A program made the position numbers and the translations under genes. Of a stretch of 64,000 nt of DNA, positions 37,691-47,372 are shown piece by piece. The stretch's first letter is position 1. The number at the start of each line of letters is the position of its first letter. Source of the DNA: a bacterium (GTDB lineage: Bacteria; UBA8248); assembly GCA_965207065.1 (NCBI GenBank), contig OZ242260.1, forward strand, positions 3,008,001-3,072,000, in the 5' to 3' direction. The notes under the pieces are model-generated. The model did no database searches and had not been told where the DNA came from. It saw only the letters and a list, made by a program, of their open reading frames with translations.

Positions 37691-38638
37691 ATGACCACAC
37701 ATACTTCCAGAGCCGTCCCCACCACGATTGTCCGTTTCGCCGAGATCATGCCCGACTGGGACGCATCGCCCGACGCCCGCGAGGAAGGGCATCACCGGGC
37801 GGTTTATCGCTATATCGGGGGACCTCGCGATAAAGAGCCGAGAGCGGCGCTTCCCGGCTGGGAATTCGCCAACGGAATCGTGATGGCGCCTCCCGGAAAC
37901 GGCGCTCCTCTGCACAGCCACGGGTTCGAGGAAGTTTTCATGGTGTGGGAGGGCGCGTTCGAAGTCTTCTGGGTCGACGCGCGCGATGGGGAAATCAAGA
38001 CAGTTGAACTCGAACGTCATGACGCCATCCGGATGCCGCCAGGTGTGATGCGCGGCTACAGGAACACAGGCGATGACGATGGATTCCTCTACTACATTCA
38101 CGGGCGCGGCGCGTACGAGCCGCCCGTATTCCAGGGAGAAGTGGAGGCGGCGGAAGTCGAGGGCGCCTCTTTCGTCGATCCCCTCTCCCAGGTGGTTCGT
38201 TATGATGAGTGTCCTAAGAATTTCCAAGTTTATCATGAATCCTCTCTTCCAGAAGGAGTGCGGGGGATTCGCCGCTATATAGGCCACGTGGGCGGTGAGC
38301 TCGAGGGCGTGGGTCCGCCTCCGTCTTTGTCTGAGGGAGAATTCTCCTTCGTCATCAACGAGAACCGGGTGGGTTCCGGCGCTCCGCTGCATGATCACCC
38401 CGATCTTGAAGAAGCCTTCATTCCTCTTGAGAGCGACTGGACGGTGTTCTGGACGGATGAGAGGGGAGATTCGCATCAAGAGGTCCTCGGGCCGTGGGAC
38501 ATGTGCTGGGCGCCGGCGGGCGTACAGCGCGGGTTTCGCAATTCAGGCCGGGGGTGGGGTAAGCTGCACGTCATTCAGGGGCAGGGAGGCGCGCTGCCGC
38601 CCGCGTATGACCAGGATTATTCACACTTGAAAAATTAG
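37691..38638 (+). CDS. Bicupin protein
   Basis: Two internal repeats, GNGAPLHSHGFEEVF and GSGAPLHDHPDLEEAF, each followed by P.GV.RG[YF]RN. Confidence 0.85.
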   Translation: MTTHTSRAVPTTIVRFAEIMPDWDASPDAREEGHHRAVYRYIGGPRDKEPRAALPGWEFANGIVMAPPGNGAPLHSHGFEEVFMVWEGAFEVFWVDARDGEIKTVELERHDAIRMPPGVMRGYRNTGDDDGFLYYIHGRGAYEPPVFQGEVEAAEVEGASFVDPLSQVVRYDECPKNFQVYHESSLPEGVRGIRRYIGHVGGELEGVGPPPSLSEGEFSFVINENRVGSGAPLHDHPDLEEAFIPLESDWTVFWTDERGDSHQEVLGPWDMCWAPAGVQRGFRNSGRGWGKLHVIQGQGGALPPAYDQDYSHLKN

Positions 38639-38650
38639 GGTAATCAGGAT

Positions 38651-39664
38651 TTGAGCGCTTCACCGCGAAAGAATGTGGCTCTGAAGGGAATCGAGCGAAT
38701 CGACCACTACATCGATTCGCTCGATCCCGGCATTACGCTGCACGTGAGAGAAAAACGCCCCAGGGGCAAGAAGAAATTCGAGGATCAGGCCACACTCCTC
38801 ATCGTGCACGGACGGATGGCGCCCGGTCCCGTGGCTTACGACCTCCCGGTCCCCGGTTATTCATGGATGGATTACATCGCCTCGCGCGGGTTCGACGTCT
38901 TCGCGCTTTCGATTCGGGGTTTTGGCGAATCGACCTGGCCGCAGGAGATGCTCACCAGCCCCAGGGGCAAGCCTCCCGCGGTACCGGGGAATGTGGCCGT
39001 AAGGGACATCAAGGCGGCGGTCGATTTCATCTGTGAGCAGCGAGGCGTGAATAAACTCAGCATTCTGGGCCGTTCCTGGGGAACGACGACGAGCCCGGCA
39101 TATGCGGCCGACAATATGAGGCGGGTGAATAAGCTCGTTCTGTATGCCCCTTATTACGCCTATGATAATCCCGCCCGCACGAAACAGATGGAAGACCCCA
39201 AAAAGCCCGGAGAATTCGACGCGAGAAGAGGTGCGTGGTCGTGGTGCACGGAAAAAGACGTGCACCATCGCTGGTGGGGCCACATACCGGGAGACGCCCA
39301 CCATAAATGGCGAGAACCCAGGGTGTTCAAGACGTATTTTCGCGAACTGCTTCGCTACGACACGCAAGGCGCCAGGCGCAAGACGCCCGCGTTCCGGCTG
39401 GCGAACGGCTCTCTGGCGGATCTATACGATAGGGCGAGGAACATACCCCTCTATGACGCGGGCGAGATAACGTGTCCCGTGCTGCTCATCAGAGGAGATC
39501 AGGACGGCGCCTCGGCTGACCCTGAAGCCTGGGGGCTGTACAGAGCCCTCTGCAACAGCCGGGGCAAGCGCTACGTCATCATAAACGACGGTACGCATTT
39601 CATGGAACTGGAAAAGCGCAGGATGGAGCTGTTGAGCGAGGTTCAGTTGTTTCTGGAAGGGTGA
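38651..39664 (+). CDS. Alpha/beta hydrolase
   Basis: LIVHG, RGFGES, GRSWG, RGDQD, GTHF motifs. Confidence 0.88.
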   Translation: MSASPRKNVALKGIERIDHYIDSLDPGITLHVREKRPRGKKKFEDQATLLIVHGRMAPGPVAYDLPVPGYSWMDYIASRGFDVFALSIRGFGESTWPQEMLTSPRGKPPAVPGNVAVRDIKAAVDFICEQRGVNKLSILGRSWGTTTSPAYAADNMRRVNKLVLYAPYYAYDNPARTKQMEDPKKPGEFDARRGAWSWCTEKDVHHRWWGHIPGDAHHKWREPRVFKTYFRELLRYDTQGARRKTPAFRLANGSLADLYDRARNIPLYDAGEITCPVLLIRGDQDGASADPEAWGLYRALCNSRGKRYVIINDGTHFMELEKRRMELLSEVQLFLEG

Positions 39665-39775
39665 AGACTCATCCTCATCGGCTGCGCCCTTGCGCTCTGA
39701 GAAGCGAACGACTAGATTAGGCCACCTTCGAGAGAACGGGAATTTCCATATCGTTTCCAATCAAAAGGAGCACCC

Positions 39776-40228
39776 ATGTCAGCCATATCCGCACCTACCA
39801 AACAGCGCTGGTGTCTCATCGATTCCACGGCCATCGGCGTGGACAAGAAGTACGAGCCGCCCCTCATCATCGCATGGGGCGTGGACAGCAATGCCACCGG
39901 CACCCAGACCATCACGATGGGACGCACCATCATTCCTCCCAAGGGCCGCAACCAGAGGCACTACCACGTGTGCGACGCGACGTTCTACATCGTCAAAGGC
40001 CCGATCATCGTCTGGATGGGAGAGGACAGGGAAGAACATACGGTGCCCTCGGGCACTTTCGTCTATTGCGCAGCGGGCGAGATTCACGGCCTCTACAACC
40101 CGAGCGAGACAGAGGACGCCGAACTCGTCTTTACTTATGGCAATTGTCCCAACCGCGACGCCGCCAAGACGATTTACGTGGAAAACGAGTGGATGGAAGA
40201 GGATACGAGGGACAAGATTCCCGGCTAG
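39776..40228 (+). CDS. Cupin domain protein
   Basis: RNQRHYH and GEIHGLYN motifs; SD AAGGAG. Confidence 0.85.
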   Translation: MSAISAPTKQRWCLIDSTAIGVDKKYEPPLIIAWGVDSNATGTQTITMGRTIIPPKGRNQRHYHVCDATFYIVKGPIIVWMGEDREEHTVPSGTFVYCAAGEIHGLYNPSETEDAELVFTYGNCPNRDAAKTIYVENEWMEEDTRDKIPG

Positions 40229-40240
40229 GCCCTAAGCGAG

Positions 40241-40276
40241 AAAAAGAAAAAGCCGGCCCTTACGGCCGGCTTTTTT
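40241..40276. terminator. Bidirectional intrinsic terminator
   Basis: AAAAAGCCGGCC-loop-GGCCGGCTTTTTT with A- and T-tracts on either side, between convergent genes. Confidence 0.85.
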
Positions 40277-40288
40277 CATAATGAATTG

Positions 40289-40825
40289 CTAGTTGAGCAT
40301 CGACACCAACTCCAGAAAATTCTTTTTTAGACCCTCCACTTCGGGGGCGCGCCTGACGGCCTCGTAAATCTCGCCTTGCGCCTTGCCGTACTCTTTTTTC
40401 TGCAGGTAGATGCGTCCCAGGTTCATGTAGGGGAAATGGCGCGGCTCGTATCTTGGCGCGGACTTCGCTTTCTCGAGCCATTCGGCCGCCTCGTCGAGTT
40501 CGCCCAGCTGCATGAGATAACAGCCGATGTCGTTGTAGGGGTTTCCGAACTCATCATCGACCTCGATGGCCATGTGGCACTCCTCGATGGCTTCCTCGAG
40601 GCGGCCCTGCTTGCTGTACATCCAGCCCAGATAGGTATGTGCGTCCGCTGTGGGGTAGTAGGCGATGGAGTCCCTATACAATTCGATGGCCTTGTCGAGA
40701 TTTCCTTTCGCATGGGCAACGCCGCCCTGGCCCAAAAGATCCAGGGCGCGCTTGAGGTCGGAGTTGACCTTGGATTCTTCTTCATATTTTCCGTCGAAAC
40801 TCACGTCTTCGTTTTCATCCGTCAT
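40289..40825 (-). CDS. Tetratricopeptide repeat protein
   Basis: Repeated TPR units (AHTYLGW...AIE, PYNDIG..L...A, PYMNLGRIY); SD GGAG before ATG 40825. Confidence 0.88.
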   Translation of the reverse strand: MTDENEDVSFDGKYEEESKVNSDLKRALDLLGQGGVAHAKGNLDKAIELYRDSIAYYPTADAHTYLGWMYSKQGRLEEAIEECHMAIEVDDEFGNPYNDIGCYLMQLGELDEAAEWLEKAKSAPRYEPRHFPYMNLGRIYLQKKEYGKAQGEIYEAVRRAPEVEGLKKNFLELVSMLN

Positions 40826-41068
40826 CACAATAGTCTCCAAGATCGAACCCACGCGTCACATGAAATTATGCCACTTCACTTCGGTTGTTTGTCAAGGAAA
40901 AATCGGCTTTGGGCTATGGCGATCCCGCCGGATGATATGAAAGAATCAAGGGTGGTTGCGTTGAGGCGGGGGCGGCGGATAAGTTCTTTTATATCAAGGA
41001 GAAGATGCGGTTTGGCGAAAAGGTGACCTTCGCTTCAACCCATTGATTTTGCCGGGAAGGAAAGGCGC

Positions 41069-41944
41069 ATGGCCGATTCGGTACGAAAAAAATTCAGAAA
41101 AATTCTTGAACGACCGGGGACGACGATCATCCCCGGAGCGCACGATGCGCTGACGGCCAGGCTCATCGCCTCCAGGGGATTCGAGGCCGTCTACATGTCT
41201 GGGGCGGGCGTGGTGAACGCTCTCGCGGGACTGCCCGATAACGGCCTGGCGTCTTTTAGCGAGGTGCTCATGAATGCGAGATATATTGCGGACGCCGTGG
41301 AAATCCCGCTGGTGGTGGACGTGGATACCGGTTACGGCAACGCGGTGAACGTCGTGCGCACAGTGCGGGATTTCGAAAGGGCGGGCGTTGCATGCATTCA
41401 GATAGAAGATCAGGTGCTGCCGAAGCGATGTGGTCATCTGGACGGAAAACAAGTGGTGAGCCGCGATGAGTTTATCGGAAAAATCCGCGCCGCGGTGGCG
41501 CATCGTACAGACCCGGATTTCGTCATTATGGCGCGAATCGACGCCAAATACATCCACGGCATGGGTGAGGCCGTCGAACGCGGCAATGCGGCGCTCGACG
41601 CCGGGGCGGACGTTATCTTCATCGAAGCACTTGAGACGCGCGATGAGTTCATCGAGTACGCCGAGCGCTGTCCGGGGCCTCTGCTCGCCAACATGACGGA
41701 GTTCGGTAAGACGCCCCATATCTCCAAAACCGATTTCGAGGAGATGGGCTATAAACTCGCACTGTTTCCGGTGAGCATCTTGCGCGCGATGCTCAAAGCG
41801 GGTGAATTGCTGCTCGACGAACTCAAGACAAAGGGCACGATGGCGGATTATCTGGACAACATGATGACGCGCAAGGAACTCTACGAACTCCTGGATTACG
41901 ACGCGTATCACGCCATAGAAGCAGAATATCTGCCCAGGCAGTGA
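41069..41944 (+). CDS. prpB: 2-Methylisocitrate lyase-like enzyme (ICL/PEP mutase family)
   Basis: YMSGAG, GLPD, DVDTGYG, IEDQ..PKRCGH, LLANMTEFGKTP motifs. Confidence 0.82.
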   Translation: MADSVRKKFRKILERPGTTIIPGAHDALTARLIASRGFEAVYMSGAGVVNALAGLPDNGLASFSEVLMNARYIADAVEIPLVVDVDTGYGNAVNVVRTVRDFERAGVACIQIEDQVLPKRCGHLDGKQVVSRDEFIGKIRAAVAHRTDPDFVIMARIDAKYIHGMGEAVERGNAALDAGADVIFIEALETRDEFIEYAERCPGPLLANMTEFGKTPHISKTDFEEMGYKLALFPVSILRAMLKAGELLLDELKTKGTMADYLDNMMTRKELYELLDYDAYHAIEAEYLPRQ

Positions 41945-41951
41945 GGTGACG

Positions 41952-43316
41952 ATGAACGGCCACACGCGCGAACTCGCGCGATTTATCAGTGAAACTTCCT
42001 ATAGCGATTTATCCGAGAACCTGCGCGCCTGTATCGCCAAGTATTTCCTGGACGCCCTCGGTTGCGGCCTATACGGTACGACCACTGAATCAGGGCGAAT
42101 CCTGTCTCGCTTCGTCCAGGAACAAGGCGGAAGCGCGGAAGCCACTCTCTGGAAAAGCGCCTGGCGTGGACCGGTGGGACCCGTTGCGCTTTGTCTGGGC
42201 ACCTGGATGCACGCGTTCGAACTCGATGATTACCACAGCGGCGCGAAGCTCCACCCGGGTGCAGTGGTCTTCGCCGCCGCGTATCCACTTGCCGAGAAGT
42301 TGGGCGCAGGTGGCAGAATGTTCATGACGGCCTGCGCCGTGGGCTATGAAACCATGATCCGCGCGAGCATCGCCGCCGACTGCCTGGAGGTGCGCAGGCG
42401 GGGGTTTCACCTCACGGGCCTGTGCGGTCCCTTTGGAGCCGCCGCCGCCGCTGCGCATCTGATAGGCTTGAACCCCGAGCAAACGGCCAATGCCTTAGGC
42501 CTCGCGGGAACCCAGGGGGCGGGGACCTGGGCCTTTCAGTGCGATGGTTCCGAGACCAAGCGCTTTCACGCGGGACGTGCGGCCCAAAGCGGCCTCATGG
42601 CCGCTTCTCTGGCTCAGGGTGGCTATACGGGGCCCAAGGAGATTTTCGAGTACGAAGACGGCGGGTTCATTCGGGCGTTCAGCGGTTGCGGGGACCCTGA
42701 GCCGCTGACGAGGGATCTGGGCGCGCATTGGGAGGCGGAAGGTGTCTCGTTCAAGCCCTATTGCTGCTGCGGAAGCACCCACTCGACAATCGACGCCGTT
42801 CTCGCCCTGCGAAGGGAGCACGGCGTCGCGCCCGATGACGTACAGGAAATGGAGATCATGAACCACAGCGTAGTGAAACAGCAGTGTTCCTGGCGTTATG
42901 AGCCGGTGAGTTCACTCCGCGCGCAGATGAACATCGAGTATTGCGCCGCGGTCGCGCTCACTGACGGGGAGGCAGGACCCGGCCAGTTCACGCCTGAGCG
43001 CATCGCCGACCCCGAGTTGGTAGGTCTCGCGCGGCGGGCGCGCTTTACCGTGGACCCTGAAATCGAGCAACTCTATCCAAAAACTTTTCCCGCCAAGGTG
43101 GCGATTCGCACTCGTGATGGCCGCGAACTCAAGAGCCATGTCGCCGGTCCCAAGGGTTCACCCCAGAACCCGATGGATTTCGACATGGTGGCCGGGAAAT
43201 TCAGACAGATTACGGGCGGCGTAATTCCGCCTGATGCACAGGACATGTTGATAGAGGCCGCCTCAGGCCTGGATGATACGGAAACGATGGGCGCACTGGT
43301 GGCGCATCTTGCATAG
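41952..43316 (+). CDS. MmgE/PrpD family protein
   Basis: HAFELDDYH, HPG, KRFHAG, FKPYCCC..TH, PKGSPQNP motifs. Confidence 0.9.
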   Translation: MNGHTRELARFISETSYSDLSENLRACIAKYFLDALGCGLYGTTTESGRILSRFVQEQGGSAEATLWKSAWRGPVGPVALCLGTWMHAFELDDYHSGAKLHPGAVVFAAAYPLAEKLGAGGRMFMTACAVGYETMIRASIAADCLEVRRRGFHLTGLCGPFGAAAAAAHLIGLNPEQTANALGLAGTQGAGTWAFQCDGSETKRFHAGRAAQSGLMAASLAQGGYTGPKEIFEYEDGGFIRAFSGCGDPEPLTRDLGAHWEAEGVSFKPYCCCGSTHSTIDAVLALRREHGVAPDDVQEMEIMNHSVVKQQCSWRYEPVSSLRAQMNIEYCAAVALTDGEAGPGQFTPERIADPELVGLARRARFTVDPEIEQLYPKTFPAKVAIRTRDGRELKSHVAGPKGSPQNPMDFDMVAGKFRQITGGVIPPDAQDMLIEAASGLDDTETMGALVAHLA

Positions 43317-43348
43317 AGCCGGGCCGAACATAAGCTCAGGAGACGAAC

Positions 43349-44725
43349 ATGGAAACGATGAGCGACAAGCTGGCGCGCTTCGCCGCCGGTTTATCTTACG
43401 AGGACATTCCCGGGCAGGTTGTCGAGAAGGCGAAACACCATCTTCTGGACGCCCTGGGGATAGGACTCGCCGCAACGCGGGAGCCATACGCCGACGCGGT
43501 GACGAAAACGGCGCGCGATTGGGGCGGAACGCCTCAGGCCAGCGTCTGGCGCTACGGGGACAAGCTGCCCGTCGCGCACACCGCCATGGTCAACGGCAGT
43601 TACGTGCACGGCCTTGATTTCGACGATACGCATACGGATTCCATCACCCATATGAGCGCCTGCGTGGTGCCCACAGCGCTGGCTGCGGGCGAGGCAGTGG
43701 GCGCAAGCGGCCGGGAGATTCTGGCTGCCATGGTGGCGGGTTATGAAGTGATCGCCAGAATCGGAGGCGCAGTGCCGGGGAAATTTCACGCCGAGGGCTA
43801 TCACGCCACGCCGATATGCGGCGCCTTTGGCGCAGCGGCCATTATGGGGCGTCTGATGAACCACTCGCCGGAAACCATCGCCAACGCTTTCGGCGTGTGC
43901 GGAAGCCAGGCGGCGGGGATTCAGGAGTTTCTCGACGATGGAAGCTGGGTCAAGCGCTTTCACCCGGGCTGGGCTTCCCATGCGGGCGTCACCGCCGCGC
44001 AGATGGCGGGCCATGGGTTTATGGGCCCCCGGAAGGTCCTGGAAGGCAGGTTCGGCCTCTACGCCACGCACTTGAGTGATCCCTCTTACGACGCGGAAAT
44101 CCTGTCGGGCGGACTCGGTGAGCGATGGGAGACGCTGCGGATTTCGTTCAAACCCTATCCTTGCTGCCATTTCAATCATGCGGCGATGGATGCGGCGAAA
44201 AATCTGGTGAGTGAGGTGGAAATTTCCCTAAATGAAATCGATGAAATCGAGACGATTACGCCCGAGCCTATCCTCCACATCGTGTGCGAGCCCATCGAGC
44301 ATAAGCGAAAGCCCAACACGCAGTATGCGGCGCTCTTCAGCCTGCCATTTTGCCTGGCGGTCAACGTGGTGAAGGGCCGCGCAACACTCGATGATTTCGA
44401 GGAAGAACATCTGGGCGACGCGCAGGTGCTCGAACTGGCCGGGAAGGTGAGATGCACGGGAGTGGATTCGGATCGCTTTCCCAAATACCTGCACGGCGGC
44501 GTGAGGATGACACTCAAAGACGGACGCGTCCTGGAGCGGGATGAACCTGTCAACTGGGGCAATCCTGAAAACCCGATGGAATGGGTGGACGTGGAGGCCA
44601 AGTTCCGGGGGAACGCACGCCGCGTTCTGCCCGAGAGTAAAGTCGATTCCGCCGTGGAAGTCGTCCTGGGGTTCGAGGCGGCGCCCGATGCAGGCGCCTT
44701 GATGAGCGCGTGCAGGGCGGATTGA
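43349..44725 (+). CDS. MmgE/PrpD family protein
   Basis: HGLDFDDTH, KRFHPG, FKPYPCCHFNH, FSLPF, GNPENP motifs. Confidence 0.92.
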   Translation: METMSDKLARFAAGLSYEDIPGQVVEKAKHHLLDALGIGLAATREPYADAVTKTARDWGGTPQASVWRYGDKLPVAHTAMVNGSYVHGLDFDDTHTDSITHMSACVVPTALAAGEAVGASGREILAAMVAGYEVIARIGGAVPGKFHAEGYHATPICGAFGAAAIMGRLMNHSPETIANAFGVCGSQAAGIQEFLDDGSWVKRFHPGWASHAGVTAAQMAGHGFMGPRKVLEGRFGLYATHLSDPSYDAEILSGGLGERWETLRISFKPYPCCHFNHAAMDAAKNLVSEVEISLNEIDEIETITPEPILHIVCEPIEHKRKPNTQYAALFSLPFCLAVNVVKGRATLDDFEEEHLGDAQVLELAGKVRCTGVDSDRFPKYLHGGVRMTLKDGRVLERDEPVNWGNPENPMEWVDVEAKFRGNARRVLPESKVDSAVEVVLGFEAAPDAGALMSACRAD

Positions 44726-45420
44726 TGACGAAAGACGCCTGGGGGGAGGGGAGTTTCGCCCAAAACTGGGATGCGGTGAACGCTGCGCGGGACAATCCCG
44801 ACCGGGCGAATCAACTCGATTTGTTGATCACCCTTCTCGAAAGTGTGGGGCCGGATGATGGCTGGATGCTGGATATGGGTTCCGGTTCGGGGCAGGTGGA
44901 AGCCCTCATTCTCGAACGCATTCCCCATGCAAATATAGTATGCCTCGATAGCTCGGAGGAGATGCTGAAACTCGCCTCGGAGCGCCTGAGCGCTCATCAG
45001 GACAGATATCATCCGCTTCCGGGCGATATGAACCGTCTGGGGGCGGTCGAGTTTCCCCATGCGCCTTATGCGGCGGTATTCAGCAGCCAGGCCCTGCATG
45101 AGATTTCGCACGAGAGCAAACGCGCTGTCTACGAAAAAGTGTTCGAATTGCTTCGTCCGGGAGGCGCTTTTTACATCCTGGACCGGTTCCAGACGCGCTT
45201 CGACGACCTGCCCGATGCGTATGAGCGCGTGTGGAATCGTCAGAACCGGGGTGTGGATGCGCCGATGAGCTTTCAGGAATATCGAGAGCGCTACGATTCG
45301 AAAGACGATTACCCCGCAAAACTGGATGATCAACTCGCGTGGCTTGCGGCCGCGGGCTTATTGGCCGCGCCGTTGTATTTGCACTACAACCGCGTGCTCA
45401 TAGTGGCGCGAAAGCCCTAA
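44725..45420 (+). CDS. Class I SAM-dependent methyltransferase
   Basis: LDMGSGSG, LDSSEEML, ALHE, LRPGG motifs; TGATG overlap with the upstream stop. Confidence 0.88.
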   Translation: MTKDAWGEGSFAQNWDAVNAARDNPDRANQLDLLITLLESVGPDDGWMLDMGSGSGQVEALILERIPHANIVCLDSSEEMLKLASERLSAHQDRYHPLPGDMNRLGAVEFPHAPYAAVFSSQALHEISHESKRAVYEKVFELLRPGGAFYILDRFQTRFDDLPDAYERVWNRQNRGVDAPMSFQEYRERYDSKDDYPAKLDDQLAWLAAAGLLAAPLYLHYNRVLIVARKP

Positions 45421-45845
45421 TCCCCCATTCTCAGCAGGAATTCTTCCAGGATACTTTTAAGCGTTTCTCCCGAGATGGTATCCAGGGCGTCCTCGGGGGA
45501 GAGCCAGACGCGCCTTCGCTCGTGGCTCTCGGGCCAGTCGTCCTCGACGACGTCGACCTCGATTTCGTAAATGTCGACCTTACACCTGCCCGCGCCGATG
45601 TCGTATTCGTAATGCGCAATGGGCTCCTCCGACGCCATGCCGCGGACACCGCCTTCCTCCCAGGTTTCGGCGATGGCGGCTTCCTGGGCGGTCTGCCCCG
45701 GCTCCACGCCGCCCTGGGGTACTATCCACCAGAAATTGTCGTCGTCCAGGGGTCTGTCGCGCGCCGTGATGAGGAGGATTTCCAAGCCATCCTCGGTCTT
45801 ACGCCAGGGTACGGCCCCGGCCAGGTGAAATCTGTTTTGCTTCAT
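45417..45845 (-). CDS. NUDIX hydrolase (diadenosine/diphosphoinositol polyphosphate hydrolase-like)
   Basis: LEILLIT, WIVPQGG...AAIAETWEEGG, WPE..ERRRVW motifs. Confidence 0.88.
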   Translation of the reverse strand: MKQNRFHLAGAVPWRKTEDGLEILLITARDRPLDDDNFWWIVPQGGVEPGQTAQEAAIAETWEEGGVRGMASEEPIAHYEYDIGAGRCKVDIYEIEVDVVEDDWPESHERRRVWLSPEDALDTISGETLKSILEEFLLRMGD

Positions 45846-45864
45846 GGTGGTGTCCTTATCTCGC

Positions 45865-46947
45865 TCAGGCTGCCTGGATGCGCGCCCAGGTTTTCTCGAT
45901 CAGGCGTTCGTAGTCCTCGCCCAGATATACCGGAAACTTCGACGCTTTGGTGACTTCAGGAGGCGGAAAAATGGCCGTATTATTCTGGTAGTCAGCCGAC
46001 GTTCTGGCCTTCGCCGCCGCGTTTGGAGTGGCGTACTGGATGAAGTCGGCAATCGAAGCGCCCACGTCGGCTCTCAAAAGAAAATTGATGAAATTGTGCG
46101 CGTTTTGCGGGTGTGGCGCACTTTTGGGAATGCACAGGCAATCCTGCCACAAGAGTCCCCCTTCCCTGGGTACGACATATCCGATGTCGGCGTCTTTTTT
46201 CATGACCTGGAGTATGTCGCCGTTCCACTCCATGGCCAGATCGACCTCGCCTGCGAGCAGCAAGTCCTGGCCATCATCCTCGGCGAATAACTTGATGTGG
46301 GGCTTCTGGCGGATGAGCATATCCTCCACCTGCTTTACCAAGGAGCCGTCGGTTGTGTTCAGGGAGTGACCCAATAGTTTGAGCCCCATCTGAATTGCTG
46401 TGCTCTTATCACCCATAAGGGCGATGCGGCCCTTGTATTTATCCGAAGCAAGCAGCCACTTCCAACTGTCAGGAATGCCCTCGACGCGGGATTTCCGGTA
46501 GCCTATCCCGGCCGTGCCCCACATATAGGGCTGGGAATACTTGTGGCCCGGATCATAGGCGGCGTTCTGAAAAATCGGGTCGATGTTCGCTTTGTTGGGG
46601 ATCAGGGAATGATCGAGCGGCATCAGAATACCGGCAGCGATCATGCGATCGACGTAGTTGTTTGTCGGCACGATGACGTCATAGCCGGGATTGCCTTGTT
46701 TAAGTTTGGCGAATAATTCATCGTTGTCGGCGAATATATCCATCTTCACTTCAACCCCGCTGGCGGCCTTGAAATCGGCCAGCGTGGTTTCGCCGATATA
46801 GGTGTCCCAGTTGTAGAAGTTCAGCTTTTTGTTTTCGGTGCTCCAGGCGTTCCGAGGTGAAAGACTCAGGCCAGCCGCCGCAGCGCCGAGACCTAGGAGA
46901 AAAGTGCGGCGGGTTAAGCCGGTCGAATAATTATTGGGTTTCGGCAT
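45865..46947 (-). CDS. Polyamine ABC transporter substrate-binding protein (PotD/PotF family), Tat-exported
   Basis: TRRTFL twin-arginine signal; YNWDTYI, GYDVIVP, PYMWGT, PREGG..W.D, YATPN motifs. Confidence 0.92.
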   Translation of the reverse strand: MPKPNNYSTGLTRRTFLLGLGAAAAGLSLSPRNAWSTENKKLNFYNWDTYIGETTLADFKAASGVEVKMDIFADNDELFAKLKQGNPGYDVIVPTNNYVDRMIAAGILMPLDHSLIPNKANIDPIFQNAAYDPGHKYSQPYMWGTAGIGYRKSRVEGIPDSWKWLLASDKYKGRIALMGDKSTAIQMGLKLLGHSLNTTDGSLVKQVEDMLIRQKPHIKLFAEDDGQDLLLAGEVDLAMEWNGDILQVMKKDADIGYVVPREGGLLWQDCLCIPKSAPHPQNAHNFINFLLRADVGASIADFIQYATPNAAAKARTSADYQNNTAIFPPPEVTKASKFPVYLGEDYERLIEKTWARIQAA

Positions 46948-46971
46948 CGGATAAGCTTCTTGCGATTTCCA

Positions 46972-47355
46972 TCATGACTCTTCCAGCGTGCAGAACACCT
47001 CCACGAGGTTGTCCGAGGGATCTCTGAAGAACAGTTGCCGCAATCCCAGCCCGGCGTTGACGCCGTCTTTCACGTCCACGCCAGCGATCTCGAGCCTTCG
47101 CTTCACGGGCTCCAAATCAGACGCCGCGAAGGCGAAATGAGTCTCGCCGGCTCCGGTGCCCGGGATGCTCGTTTCGCTCGCGCGATCCTGGCGTCCCGTG
47201 AGATGAAGCTGGCAGGCTCCCGCCTGGAACCAGTAGCCTGGATTCGGCAGGTCCGGGCGTTCGATTTCCGCAAGTTCCAGCAGCCCGGCGTAAAAATCGC
47301 GCGCTTCCTCCAGGTCATCGACGCTGATGGATATGTGGTGCATTCCCTCCAGCAT
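46972..47355 (-). CDS. VOC family protein
   Basis: MHHISI, ERP, QLHL, HFAF, FFRDPSDNLVE motifs. Confidence 0.88.
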   Translation of the reverse strand: MLEGMHHISISVDDLEEARDFYAGLLELAEIERPDLPNPGYWFQAGACQLHLTGRQDRASETSIPGTGAGETHFAFAASDLEPVKRRLEIAGVDVKDGVNAGLGLRQLFFRDPSDNLVEVFCTLEES

Positions 47356-47372
47356 GAATCCGCCTCCGCTTG

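Noticed and set aside
40865-40895. Minus-strand promoter TTGACA...CATAAT for the TPR gene
   Set aside because: The 19-nt spacer is too long for a confident call.
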